This document shows positions 49,105 through 61,602 of a stretch of DNA of 64,000 nucleotides, one piece after another. Every line of letters begins with the position of its first letter. The stretch's first letter is position 1. This DNA is from Phaeosaccion multiseriatum (lineage: Eukaryota; Protista; Ochrophyta, other classes). A program made the translations under genes and the position numbers. Under the pieces are notes generated by a model. It had not been told where the DNA came from and did not search any database. It saw only the letters and a list, made by a program, of their open reading frames with translations. The DNA lies in contig OZ218955.1 in the NCBI GenBank assembly GCA_965112735.1, forward strand, positions 2,232,001 to 2,296,000, in the 5' to 3' direction.

Positions 49105-51789
49105 TTACTGCGGTGCTACTGCAACCTCGTTTACTGCAGCTTCGCTTACTGTAGCGTCTCCGCCTGGCGCGCAAGTTCTTGTCTCTGTGAAAGGTGTAAG
49201 TTCTGGCAAGTGCCTCATGCCGTCAATGTTGTCCGACGACAACGACCTCCTCCTCCTCGCCTTTTCTCTCAGCCTTTCGTACGTTGCCGACACGGTATCG
49301 TCGGCGTCATCCATCGCCTTGGGAGGGGCATCTTCCACAGGTAGCCCAGCCGGAGCAGCGGCCGCAACAGCAGCAGCAGCAGCCAGTGCAGCAGGCTCTT
49401 GCGTCCCACCTGTTGTGGCAAACACGTTTCCGGAACCTCTCCCTACCGTCTGCGACCTTGCTATCATGGCCAAGGCCGCCGCGGACACTCCCGACCCGTC
49501 TAGCCCCATCCTACTTTCCCTCCTCATCGAACTGTAACCTGCTCCAAGCGGGCCGCTCCCATTCGCGAGCGGGTGAACGATGCTGGTGCGCCGCTTGCTC
49601 CAGTACTCCTCGTCACCGTGCCTCACCACAGGCACATTGGCGATGGCTTCCAAGTTGCTGTAGGGCCTGCACGTGCGTGGCGGGACCCACCTGTCAATCA
49701 GAGCGCCCATAAGCTTGCCCGTCGCCTTGACCTGCTTCACGGCCAGGTTTGTCCCATGCCTCAGTGCGGCATCCAAGTCAGGCGACCATGGCCTGCCGCT
49801 GCCATCTCCAGCAGTAGGAGCAGAAGCAACAGCAGTAGCAGCCTCCTCCTCCTCGGGTTTGGGCTTGTCTACAGGGAGAGGGACGAGCGTCCTCCCGACC
49901 ACCAAACCGGTGTGGGCCTTGTCCAGATGCAGCAGCGCAATGCCTAGCCGGCAGCACGCCAAGTCTAGAGCTCGCTCGATGTGCTCCGTTTCTCCTCTCT
50001 TCAGCAGCTCCTGTTGGGCCACGCGGAGGCACTCCACAATCACCTGCACAGTGCGAATCTCTCCGACGGGTAGGTCGTTGAGAGCCTGCGCGGAGGAGCC
50101 GCGAGGAAGAAGGGGGGGGGGTTGAAACTCTCGGATAAACAAGAGGGGTGGGGGTAGGGGGGGCGATCGCCTCCTTCTCTATACGCACCCTCACGTCTTG
50201 CGCCGAGAGCGCCGACCCCAGCTCTCCTTCCGCCCCGTTGAGCTCGGGCAGCGCGTGGGTCAGATATTCCATCTTCAGCACCGGTTCACTGAGCTGGCCC
50301 AGCCAGTCCACGAGCAGCTGCGCAGGGAGGCGAATGTCCACCCTCTCTGGTGCGCTTTTGCAGCTCTCGAGGAGAAGATCCCAGGGTTTCCACTCCACCG
50401 CATTGGCAGAGAACTTGAGCCCTTGGAGCATATGCTCGTGCATCATGCCCCAAGCCTGTGTGTGTGGCGGGGGGCGGGGCGGGGGGGCGGGGCGGGGGGG
50501 CGGGGGGGGGAGGGGGAGGACGAGAGGCGGTGTCAATTCTCTCAGCTCGCCGCCACTCACTGGGTGCACCATCAGTCTCTCACCTTTTCAGAATCCGCGG
50601 AACTACTTGCGCACTCTGCCACCCCCACTATGGCAGCGAGTGTGTCATGCGGGCGGTGCTTTGCCACGCTGCTGAGCATCTCTGTCGCTAGCTGCACCGG
50701 CTTGGGTACCCATCTCAGTCGGTCGGACTCTTGTCCTCTCAGTAGAAAGGCTTGCTGCCGCAAGAACTGGCCCAGACTGGTGCGTGCACTTTCTGTCATG
50801 TGAAACGCCACCCGGACGTCCCGCACAAAGTCTGCAAACTCGTGCACAATGGCAACCTGTACATTTCCAGAGGAAGGGGGTGGGGGAAATCGTAAGCCTG
50901 TCTTGAAGTTTGCTGCGGGGAGAAGGAGCTCAAGAGCAGCAAGACGCTACCTGCGCTGATGTCTGCACGCTCCCCGGCCGCTTCTCCCTGACCAAGGCAA
51001 TGGCCTTGTCTGCGCTGATCATCTCTGTGAACACCAGAATACTGCAAATCACCAAGCCCGTCCGTCCGTATCCTGCGTGGCAATGCACCGCAATCTTGCC
51101 TCCCCCGTCCAGCACGCTGCTGCCCACTCGCACAATGTCCATCAGCAGAGACAGCGAAGGAGTGGTCATGTCCTCCCACGCAAAATTGAAGTGGGAAATT
51201 CCCTGGGCCATGAGATCTTCAGGCAAGTACGGAAAGCCGCTGGACTCCTCCAGTCCATCGCCACAGTGCGGGTGCTCCCCAGGCTCCGTCAGGTTGATGA
51301 CGGCCGTGATGCCGGCCTCGGTCCATTGCCGCAGCAGCTGGTACGCGCCGATCAGCCGCGTGCTGGGCCTCTGCATGCCCAAGATTGTGGGCGTTATCCA
51401 GTTGCTATGCAGGCCATTGAAGGCCGACCCTTTATACCGCAACGCACATTGCTCTGAGCACCGAAGACAGAACCGGCCCCCACAAAATCTGCATTTCACC
51501 TGGCGGGAAAAGAGTGTTACACGAGCTCAGCTACCGGCTAGACAACGCAATTACACTTGATACATGCCCCTACCTTGTACTTGTGCTCCCACGGCCGCCT
51601 GTGCGTCCCCTTCTTCTCCCCTGCCCCCGCCCCCGCCGCAAGGGAAGCCCCAGCATCCCCGGCAGTAGCGGTCACAGGCAGCTCCTGCTCGCCGCACCCC
51701 TCTTCCTCCCGCTCCTCCTCCTCTTGTGGTCCTGCGGCTCCTCCTCCATCCTGCTCCTCCTGCTGCTGCTGCTCATCCTGCTGCACCAT
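49105..51789 (-). CDS. PTPDC1-like dual-specificity protein phosphatase, multi-exon
   Basis: Catalytic loop IAVHCHAGYGRTG, plus LHSNWITPTILGMQRPSTRLI, INLTEPGEHPHCGDGL..SGFPYLPE, FNFAWEDM and VREKRPGSVQTSAQ. Confidence 0.88.
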
Positions 51790-51979
51790 GGGGGAGGAGC
51801 GTGAATTTCGATCGAATTTCGGGCAATTTCCGTAACAGCTTTTTGCTTACGACAAGGCCATTGCCTTATCCCTTCTTTCCTCTCCTTCCCCTTACTTCTT
51901 TCTCCTTGCCGTCTCGCAGGAGGACGCGTGCCCTACCGCCGCCCTCTGATTCTCAGACAGCTCTGCCGCAGCTGCTGCG

Positions 51980-53696
51980 ATGGTGAAATGCGGAAGAATT
52001 GTCTCGCTAGTGTGCGTTTTCTTGTGCCTGGGGAGGCAGTTGCAGTTCGGTGATGCCAAGAAGGCGGCCGCTGCCAAAGGGCCTCACCAGCATCAGGGGC
52101 TCGTCAAGGTGAGCCATACAAACAAGTGTGGAGATTCGACAGGCATGGCGAAGGAGGCGTGCAAAGGCAGGGTGTGGCCGATGGTCGTCACGCACATCAA
52201 TTCCCCTCTCATGGAGGAGGCCCTTCCTGTTGTTGTTGTCATTGCATCGCCCAGCCTTACGCCTCAGGGAACCCTGACATACATCTCACGAGTAAGCAAC
52301 GCAGCACCCTGGACGGGGGAGACCTGGTGAGTGTACCGGAGGCTAGTCCTGCATTGGGATGATTGCAGTATGGAACGCGATCTAATTTTCTACCTCGATC
52401 ACGTGCGTCTCGTGCCTCGTCCCGCCCGCCTTGACTCACAGGTTCAGGACCGCCTGGACGTAGACGCGGGTGGGGGGCGAGCTTTGGCGGTGCATGACGT
52501 GCACTCGCCGCCGGAGTACGTGTGGGACCGCATCCTAGACTTTCCCTCCTACCCCAAAATGGTGCCCAAGGTGTCCGACTGCTACAACTACTATACAGAC
52601 AATCTCCAGAATGTGAGTCTCCCCCTTTTCTTCACATTAGATACGAATACGGAAGGGGGGCCGACGCTTTGTCTGCCGCATTCAATGTTTGCCGTCTCTT
52701 CAGAACACCAACATCATCAAGACCCGCTTGAAGCTCAACGTGTTTGGCATCAAGTTCGACAACTACATTTATCACACACACTACCCGGACGAGAGTAGTA
52801 TGACGTGGACCCTGGACTATGACCGGAAAAGTACATTAGGTAGGTGCTGAGGAGACGTGCTCCTGGTGTTCAAACAGATGGGCCCTTCTGACCACCCCAC
52901 TCCGCCCCTCCGTGCCCCGTTTCGCAGATGACTCCGTGGGCATGTGGTATGTAGAGAAGCATCCGTCAGTAGACAAGTAAGTCCTCCGTTGCTGCCTCAC
53001 TGCCTCCACAGAACAAGAATGACTGACTGGTGCTTTGTGTGCGCAGGCCCGACTGGAGTCGTGTGTACTACTCCTGCGCCTTGCGAGTGCCTTCGTGGGT
53101 GCCGGGCCTGGTCATCAACTACCTGAACAAAAAGGTACGTTGCTGAGGAGGGAGGGAGGGAGAGGCACTCACAAAGCAAGGTGTGAGTGAGCTCAGTGCC
53201 CGGCGCGTGCTATTTCCTGCTGCTGCTGTTACAGGCTATTAAGGAGGCCACCACCTGGGTGAAGCGCGAGAGCGAAGGCCAGTACAGCAGCGACTTGTCC
53301 AAGGGGCGCCCTCTGCTGGGTGCTGTCAAAAAGGAAGAGAAGGTGAGGCGGCGGTTGTGCTTCGTACGTGCAGGTTTTCTGGTTTTCCTTGCTCATCGCC
53401 TTCCCTTTCTTCGCTGTGTGCCCGTATGCCCTGGTCAGCCTCTTCAGGGTCTTTTCGGGGCTGATGGAGGGGGGCCTCGATGGGGCAGGTTTGGCAAGAA
53501 GCAGCCCGAGCAAGCGCCACCACCTCCCATTATTGTTGTGGAGGAAGAGGAAGAAGAGGAAGAGCCGAGGTACTCGGTGCTGGACGCCATGAGGAAGGCC
53601 ACTGTCACATCGGGCTGCTGCTACGGGGCGTGGCGGTTGGCGGGCATGATAGGGTCCCGGCTCGGCGGCAAAGCAGATGAACCAGAGCAGGCGTAA
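51980..53696 (+). CDS. SRPBCC/polyketide cyclase-like (START superfamily) protein with a signal peptide, multi-exon
   Basis: Signal-like MVKCGRIVSLVCVFLCLG. Then GRALAVHDVHSPPEYVWDRILDFPSYPKMVP, MTWTLDYDRKSTL-DDSVGMWYV, RVYYSC..VPSWVPGLVINYL and AIKEATTWVKRESE. Confidence 0.82.
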
Positions 53697-54202
53697 ACTA
53701 TCCCATAGAGCTTCCTTCCATTCTTCTCTCCATATAGAGCTATAATTATAGATATTATAGAAGTTTTTATACAAAGTCTTATGCTTGGCCCTCATGTGAA
53801 AGGGAGGCCTTCACTGGATACTCTAGCTTCACCACGCACCTGCCCCGGGCAGTCCCGGGTCGTTGCAGCAGCCCCCAAACGCGTGGCGTCAGGTTGACCA
53901 CCTGTCTGAGAGCCAACTCGGCCACAGTTCCCATTTCCATTGGCTCTCCAAAAGATGTGAGTACCAAGAAATGAGCGAGCACACTGCGAAGGCAAAAAAC
54001 ACGCGGCTTGTCGAAGTGGGTGAGCTGCACATGATAGCGGCTAACTCCTGGTACGAGCATCCCTCCTGTTCTGTCAGCTGAACGCTTCATCATCTTCGAT
54101 GATAGGAGGGGCGCGCTCATCAGTTTCCGCCCATCGCGCGGTCCAAGGGGCTCGTTGACCACCAGGCCTCCCCCTTTCTCATCCCTCGAGGAGCCTCTTT
54201 CG

Positions 54203-54631
54203 CTATGGTCCTGCCGTGTCTGACGTTCCTGTGAGAGCCTTCTCATAGACCGGATCTCCTGCCAAAGCCCTGGCAATAAACCTATTGCTGGCATTCTGGT
54301 CTAACCTCAAGCTCGGCCCGCCCACGGTGCCCCCGCTGCCGGACGATGCCCCGGCAGCAGCCTTCTCCACCTGCTTCAAGCGGGCCACGTACCCACGAAT
54401 GCGCTCCAAATCAGCCTTGACAGGGTGCCCCTTAGGATCCACCCCCTGCGCACGAAGCAGCATGTAATACAGGCACGCTAGGCTGTAGACTAGCGTGACC
54501 CTTAGCTTGGCCACCTCGAGGGGAGTCAGGAGCCCCGCCGTCTCATCCTTGCTGATGCAGTTCAGCGGCTGCAGGCGATTGCGAATGTGGCCAAGCGCGC
54601 GCCGGAAGTTGTCCAGCGACTCGGTGTCCAT
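54203..54631 (-). CDS. C1D: Nuclear exosome cofactor C1D/Rrp47 (Sas10/Utp3/C1D family)
   Basis: LTPLEVAKLRVTLVYSLACLYYMLLRAQGVDPKGHPVKADLERIRGYVARLK..LRLDQNASNRFIARAL. Confidence 0.88.
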   Translation of the reverse strand: MDTESLDNFRRALGHIRNRLQPLNCISKDETAGLLTPLEVAKLRVTLVYSLACLYYMLLRAQGVDPKGHPVKADLERIRGYVARLKQVEKAAAGASSGSGGTVGGPSLRLDQNASNRFIARALAGDPVYEKALTGTSDTAGP

Positions 54632-54805
54632 GGAGAAGATACTGGGGGGGGGCGGGGGGAAATTTATTGACTTACTGTAATACGGGAGGATTTTTTTTCC
54701 TGTGGACAGTCGAATTCGCAGTCGCCATTTGTTCGAACGGTTGGATATTCCTCTCATCGGGCCGGGCTCCCTCTCCCCTTGACTCACCCCTATTCCGGTG
54801 CTACA

Positions 54806-55840
54806 ATGGTGCAGGGCTTTGTTGACTTTGAGTACGATGCGGAGGAGTACGTGGAAGGGCCTCTTCCCCCTCCACCGCCTCTTGAGCCCCAATCGCTGAA
54901 GATTGTCAAGGGGCGTACACGGAGGAAATCGTCTTCACGGCGAGCGAAAAAAAGTCAAGACCTGAGCCTTCTTCCGGTAGAAGAGGATGAACTAGCAGCT
55001 TGGGACCGCCTCAAGGCTGTGGAGATCCCCCGAGCAGAGGAGGAGAGCTCTCGTCGTCTAATCCGGAGGCACTCTGAGTGCCTAGGTGAGTGCTGGGCAG
55101 GGGAGAAGGCAGAGGAGAGGCAATTGAGGGGGGGACTGAGACTCTTTTCCCTTGCTGTAAAGGTGTCAAAATGAAGTCCACCAGGGTGGATGAGGGTATG
55201 CAAACCGATGGCTCCTACACTGCTCACATCACCGCTCTCCAACTCAACGAAATCCTGGCAAGGTGCGTAAGAGGGGGAGAAGCTGTGTGTGATGTAGCAG
55301 ATAAATATATGGTGGGCACTTTTTTTAAACAAAAGAGAACGCGCCCCAAACAGAGGACGGAGGGAGCTGGAGCAGTGTGCGGAGGAGCAAAGGCAGCAGC
55401 TGGAAGAAGGCGCCGCAGGTCGGCTGGCGCTCAAGGAGGACATGAGGAGGGCCCGGAGGCTCCTGAACGAGGTTGGTACCATATGTCTACATGCAGGCTT
55501 CCCTCTTGTGCGTCCCACAACGTGAGCTTCACATCAGCCTCGTACTTGCTCGCCCCCGGCCCAACAGATTGAGCGCAGTACGCGAGCGTCTCTGGCTTTA
55601 CACCGCGAGAGCGTGGAAGAACTGGCGAAGCTTGCTGCTCCTGATGCCCGTAGGCCGTGCTGCTGTGGCAGCAGCGCCGACCCTCTGCAAGAGAAAGGTG
55701 CAGGGACGGGTGTGACCCTTCTCGCCGGGCCCCGCCTGACGCGAGTGGGCACAGGCCGAATGAGCTTCACAACGGTGGAGAAGGGAAACTCGGGCCGGAC
55801 GCCGGAGGGGTGCGGCAAGGCTCCAAGTGCGTGGCGGTGA
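54806..55840 (+). CDS. Hypothetical coiled-coil protein, about 4 exons
   Basis: Four segments join in frame across GT-AG introns: MVQGFVDFEY..ECL / GVKMKS..EILAR / GRRELEQ..LLNE / IERSTR..SAWR*. No family recognised. Confidence 0.5.
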
Positions 55841-55999
55841 TGATAGAAGTATTGACCATGTACATCGTTCTATATTTATAGTTTTGGTGAAAGGCACTCT
55901 CTGTTAATCTAAGTGGCTCGGCCGAACTTTACTATCACTCGTGCCCAGTCCAACAACGGCTCCGAGCAGGCCAGAGCCCGACCTGCGTTACGTGAAGGG

Positions 56000-56065
56000 C
56001 ACAAAGGGTACAAGGGATGAGTTCTTTTTCAACACAAAGGGTACAAGGGATGAGTTCTTTTTCAA
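56000..56065. repeat. Perfect 33-bp tandem duplication between convergent 3' ends
   Basis: CACAAAGGGTACAAGGGATGAGTTCTTTTTCAA, two copies. Confidence 0.9.
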
Positions 56066-56108
56066 CACGCACGATACATGCGCGAGGCTAGAATGAGCAA
56101 GGGTTCTC

Positions 56109-59100
56109 TTACTTGTTCTTTAGGCTGAGTACGTCTCGGGCCTCGGCCAGATCCGCGTCTTGGTCAAAGATAGCCAGTTTCAACGCAGTCCGCAGTTTCA
56201 ATGCCAGCTCGGGCTGCACGTCCACCTGCAGAGGGAGGGAGAGGGGGGAGGGAAGGGGCACGAGAGAGGCACGCTTGCGGTTCAACTTCATTACATTCTC
56301 CCTACCGGAAAGCCCCGCCGAAGGAGGAAGCTGTTGGGTCGGTAAAGCCCCTCACGACCCTGCCAGCCCGAACAGGCTCCAACAAGACTCGGCTTGCTTC
56401 GGACATGGACGCGGGCACGTACCATGTTCATGATGCCCGTCTCGTGCAGCACCAACATTCCGCAATCGGAAAAGGCCCGAACGCCCGTCCCCGTGGTGCC
56501 GTGGTTGATGAACACCCCATGGCCGAAGAAGCGGCCTTGCTCGATGACCTGCACCACTGTGTACTCGTTGGCCACCCCTCCGACGGGCTTGACGGCCTCT
56601 GCAATGCCCGAAACCAGGTGAAAGATGCCATCGCTCCCCTCTTCCGGCGAGTAGATGAAGTTGCCTACGTAAATGGACAATGAGAGAGATTAGAAGAAGG
56701 GAGGTTCTCCCCTCGTCCCTGTCGCCCTTTACTTCTCCTCTCAGCCCTTAGCCCGACCTTTCCCTCTCGTGACGCACCTGCAATGCAAAAGTACGGCACC
56801 ATCATGCGCACGACATACGCAATGAGGTTGTCGTCCTGCTTCTTGAAGAGCTCTATCTTGCCAATCACGTCCCGGTAGCCTTGCAGCGTGGCCTCTAGGC
56901 GGAGGTATGGCGGCATGAGGGAGAGAATCTTCTCCTCGTCAAAGGCGCTGCGCCGGCTCATGAAATACTCCACGTGCTTCTTGACGGCTTGCCGCAGCTT
57001 GATCTGGACCTTCTTCTCCTCGAGGTAGTTGGTGACCTATACATATATACGTACATAGCAAAGGCGGGCGGGGATCGTGAGTGATGAGAAACAACAACCC
57101 CCCTACTCTGTATTGCTACGCTTCTTACCGCTAATAGCTTCTCCGTCTCCAGCGCCTGGCTGCCGTTGGAGTTGCTCGCCAAGCTACTGACGCTGCCGAC
57201 AATGTACCCAAACACCGTCGCTCCAATCACCATAATGACGGTGGCGTACAATCTCTCGGGGTCCCTCTGCGGTTGGATATCTCCGTAGCCGACAGTGGTC
57301 ATGGTCGTAAACGCCCAGTATGTGGAAGCAATGTACCGCTTCTGTATCTCGCTTTCTGTTATGTTCAGCGCCCCCCACCACGTGTCCAAATACGTGTCAT
57401 CTCCTGCCCCCATGGTCTCGACGCTCACCATGCTCCAAAAGCAACCTGCAACAGTGAAGGATAGTGTCGGCGTTACTCGTGCCCGGACGCGACATGGACA
57501 AGGCTTACTCACACCCCCACACCATGTGCTTACCGAAAAGATGGCCCAAGAAGGCGAGAGTGAGGAGAAGCTTTAGCCCCCGAAAGACCGCCGCGTTGAA
57601 CTCTAGCAGCTCCTCTGTCATTTGGTTCTCGTTGGCGAGCTTAAAGAGCCGCATGATTCGCAGGAGCCGCATCAGCCGCAGGACGCGAACAAGCTTGAGA
57701 CTGCGCAGCACCCCAGAGCCCCCCGGGGCCGCCAGCTCCATGATCCGGTCCAGTGGGAAGGTCGACATGAAGTCGAGCGCGAACCAGCCAGCGATGTAGT
57801 TCTTGGCGATCATCCGAGGGACCGTCACATAGAGATTGCTGTCGTTGAGGTATGCTGTCCGGAAGGTGAGCGCAATGTCCACGAAGAAGCACACATCAAT
57901 CACCTGCGGGGGGGAGAAGGATGGTAGGTTAGACACAAAAAAGGGTTCCTCCACGTGAGTGCCAGTGTTGTGGACCAGGAGAGCAACGTACCCAGTCCAT
58001 AACGAGCCAGCTGCCCCTCGCGGGGTAGTCAAAGCCTATCCGAAAGGGGATGATGATGACGGTGCTGATGATGCACGCGCCAATGAGCACATCCCAGTAG
58101 ATTTTGCTCTGCATGGTGGGTAGCACAATGAAGCGCCGCAGCACATCGTCCGCAGTCTCCATGGCCTCCACCAGGGTCGTGCTCTTGTCTGCACCACCCT
58201 TCTTGCTCATATTGTTGTCGCTCTTGCCAGTGGAGTAGGCCTAAGGCAGAGGAGGGTCATGAGATGGGAGAGATGGATCATCAGAGGGCGCTGCTGCTTC
58301 CCCAGTCTCGCCCCAACGGACTTGGACCTCTGCACACCTACCTTTCCGCGCAAGAAGTGCCTCCTTGGGGACAGAGCCACAAGTCTGTCCATCACGCCTT
58401 TGGGCGACGCCACTGTGTACCGCGCGCCCGGCGACCGAGGCTCCTCATTGGAGCCGGCGCCACCAGCGGGAGCAATGAAGATCCTCGTGTGCTTCCACGG
58501 GAACAACCTCGCTGCAGAGAGGGAAGGAGGAAGGAGCCATCAGTCAATCAATGAGCGGCCGGGCAATCAAAGATGGGGAAGGTCAAGGACTTCCGCACCT
58601 CGCAACGCTCTCCACCAGCCTCTGCTCCAAAGGCTGCTGTGCGCTGACGACGACGAGGACTTCTGGGGCCTGTCGCGGAAGTCGCCGGACTTGCTGTTGT
58701 TGTCTGCGTCCGAGGAGTGCCCCCCCTCGCGCGACTCATCGTTCGTCGACAGCGATTTGTCTCTTTTGCGGATCTTGAGAGTGCGCGACAGCTTGGTTTC
58801 CCCGCTAGTCGACGCCCTGTTGTTGGGTGGAGGGGAGTCGTTTCGTTGGCGAAACAAGCTGCAGGTCAGAGGCAATATTCGCTGCTCTCTCCCTGCCCCC
58901 CTATCGACCACTTGCCTTTCTCTCGAGTCGAGCACTTCCTCCAGGTTCACCCCTCCAGTGAGCTCCCAGTCCACGAGGATCCTCTCCTTGGTGACCATGT
59001 CGTTGATGACGCGCTGGGGTCCCGCCAGGCACTCGTCCAGCAGCTCCTCCTGCCTTGACACCCTCGTGATGATGCAGTGCTCTGCGGTTTGGTAGTCCGC

Positions 59101-61430
59101 CATGATGTGCAGCACGTCGTTGGAGTTGAGCCACATGAGCTCGCTGGACACCGTCGCGCGGTAGTAGAACTGCATCGACCGGCAGTGTACGAGGCTGCTC
59201 AGCTCAAAGTCGCTGCCGTCGCTGTGCATGGCGACCAGCACATTCTGCCCGTTTTCCCGCATCAAGGCCTCCACCTGTAGTTGGACGATGCATCACAACG
59301 ACGGTCGAGCAAAAGCAACAAAACGAAAGTGTCACACTCCCTGCTCTCTCCCATCGGAAGGAAACCCGAGGCTGACTCTTTGCGATACGCACCTTCCCGC
59401 GGAGCACAAAGTAGCACTCTTCCAGCGTGTCCCCCGTCTTCCCCAGGAACTGCTGATGGTCCAGATGCATGGGCTTGAGCCGGTAGATCACCTGTACAAG
59501 AGCGTGATTGTTTCCAGGAGGTAAGCAAGGAAGTGAGTCTACGAATCGAGTGATCACACATACTCCACGCTCTACTCACTCACCTCTGCGATGACGAGCA
59601 CGTCGAGGTTGTCGAGGAAGCGCAGGGACTTGATGATGTCCTTGTGCGTGTCGTACGCGAGCTTCACGCGCAGGGCGTGCGGCAGGTCTCGGAGTAGGGG
59701 CACTTCTTTAAACACGCTCATCCGCCCGTAGTAATAGTTGAAGTGCTTACGAATGCGCCGCTGGAGGCCGCTTGTCAGCCTGCGCTCGCGCATGTACTCT
59801 CGAATCTCGTCCATCTTCGCGGCCTTGGCGGTGGCCTGCGGAGGGAGCAATCTGTTAGCGCAAAGGGTTCACTCTCTCCAGGGTAGAACACAACTCTGAC
59901 TGACCTGTGGATTCATCGTCTCTACAATAACAGTGACCATGGCGATGATGAAACCAAACGCCGTCGCCCCAATAACTTCTGTTACCAGGGCGTACAGCCT
60001 TTCAGCGTCCGTATCTGCGGAAATCTCCCCGTAGCCCACGGACATGAGCGTGGCAATGGTCCAGTAAAAGGACGCCAGATACTTGGAATAGAGGAACTCC
60101 CCCCCGCAATCCTCCCACTCGTTGTCAGCGCTGGTAGGTTGGAGTAGGTCAAGAGGTCAAGAGAGTTAGCTCCCTCCGCGCGAAACCTGCAGCCCCACAC
60201 CTCCCCCCCCCTTCTCGTCAGGCATTCAGTCAGTCACCCGTCATGCTTACCCGTCCGGGGAGCACTCGTCCACCAAGAACCACATGCAGCTGATGAGATG
60301 ACTTGCAAAGAGAATCTTCCCCAGTAGCTGCACCAGTCGAATGATGGCGGGGTTCACGTACTGCCGAAAGTCAATGTTGGCAAGCTTCCGGCCGAGTCTC
60401 AAGATTCTCATGAACTTGAGCAGCCGAAAAAGCCTTAATACTTTGATCATCTTGAGGCTCCGGACATTGCCTCCCCCCGACACGCCGAGAAGGGTTGGTA
60501 CGATACGGTCGAAAGGTACGGTGGCCAGAAAGTCGGGCACAAACCACGACTGTAGGTAGGAGAGCGCAATGCGATCTCGGGCTACCACAAGCTTGTCCTC
60601 CTCGTAAAAGGCCGTGACAAAGCAGAGAATCATGTCTACTCCAAAAATGCAGTCCACAAGAGTGTCGAAAATCAGTGCAGATCCCTGGCTGTCCTGCTCA
60701 TAGGCTATTCGCCATGGAATAATGACCACACTGGGTGAAGAGAGGGAAGGGGGCAGGAGGGGGAAGGCAGACGTCGTTAAGGGGACGGACGCCCCACCCG
60801 CCCACCCCTTCATTCATCCACTTCTCACCTGTAAATGATGAAGACACCAACAAAGAGGTCCCACCACACTTTCATGTGGTGCCTCGGCAAGATGACGAAC
60901 TTCGACCTCCTTCGTTGCCTCTGTTTGGCCGCTTGCACCTGTTTGGTACATACAAGATGAGGGCGGCGTTGATTGAATAGGTTCTTAGAAGCAAACGCAC
61001 ACAAAGCCAAGAGAAGCCTCTTCTATGTCGCTTTACCTTTGCCTTGAGCATGCTAGTCGACTTCATGTTTGCAGCGAGGGTGGCAACGTTTGGCCCCTTG
61101 TCGGGGGGGGGCGGGGCTGCAAAGACACTGCTAATGGCACGGCTGGCCTTGTCTTTGGCCTTGCGATCGGCCTCTGCTAGTCTCCTACCAAGGCCGGCCT
61201 TGGTGTCTCTCCAAAAAGAGTCCAAGTTCACTGAAAGAAACAAGGGGTGCGGGTGATCAGCGAGGGGAGCGGCACAGCGAGCCTTGCTCTTACTCACCCG
61301 TTTGCTCTACCGCATCAGTAATGTTTGCCCCATCTTGGGCTTCTACGATGCTAAAGTCAGTTCCTTCCACACCAGTGGCAGCCGCGCCTCTGTTCCCTTC
61401 GCAACCCACAAGAAAGCTTGTCCGCAGCAT
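56109..61430 (-). CDS. Two-repeat voltage-gated K+ channel of the CNBD (KCNH/CNG/HCN-like) superfamily: 2 x (6TM + C-linker + CNBD-like), multi-exon
   Basis: Repeat 1: KVWWDLFVG, WFVPDFLATVPFD, S4 RSLKMIKVLRLFRLLKFMRILRL, pore FYWTIATLMSVGYGEI. Repeat 2: KIYWDVLIG, WFALDFMSTFPLD, S4 RSLKLVRVLRLMRLLRIMRL, pore YWAFTTMTTVGYGDI. Each repeat is followed by a C-linker and CNBD-like region. Confidence 0.88.
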
Positions 61431-61602
61431 GGTGGCAGGGCGTGCTGCTTCTCAGTTCAGCTCCTGCTCAGCTGCTGCCACTGGCTGCTGCTGCCGCTGG
61501 CCGCTTACCACATGTCAGTCATGCCCTCGAAAGGGGTAGCGTGCGCCCTCCTTTTCCAGCTGCGATGGCACGCGTAAGCCGCTTGGCAGAGCTCATTCCA
61601 GT

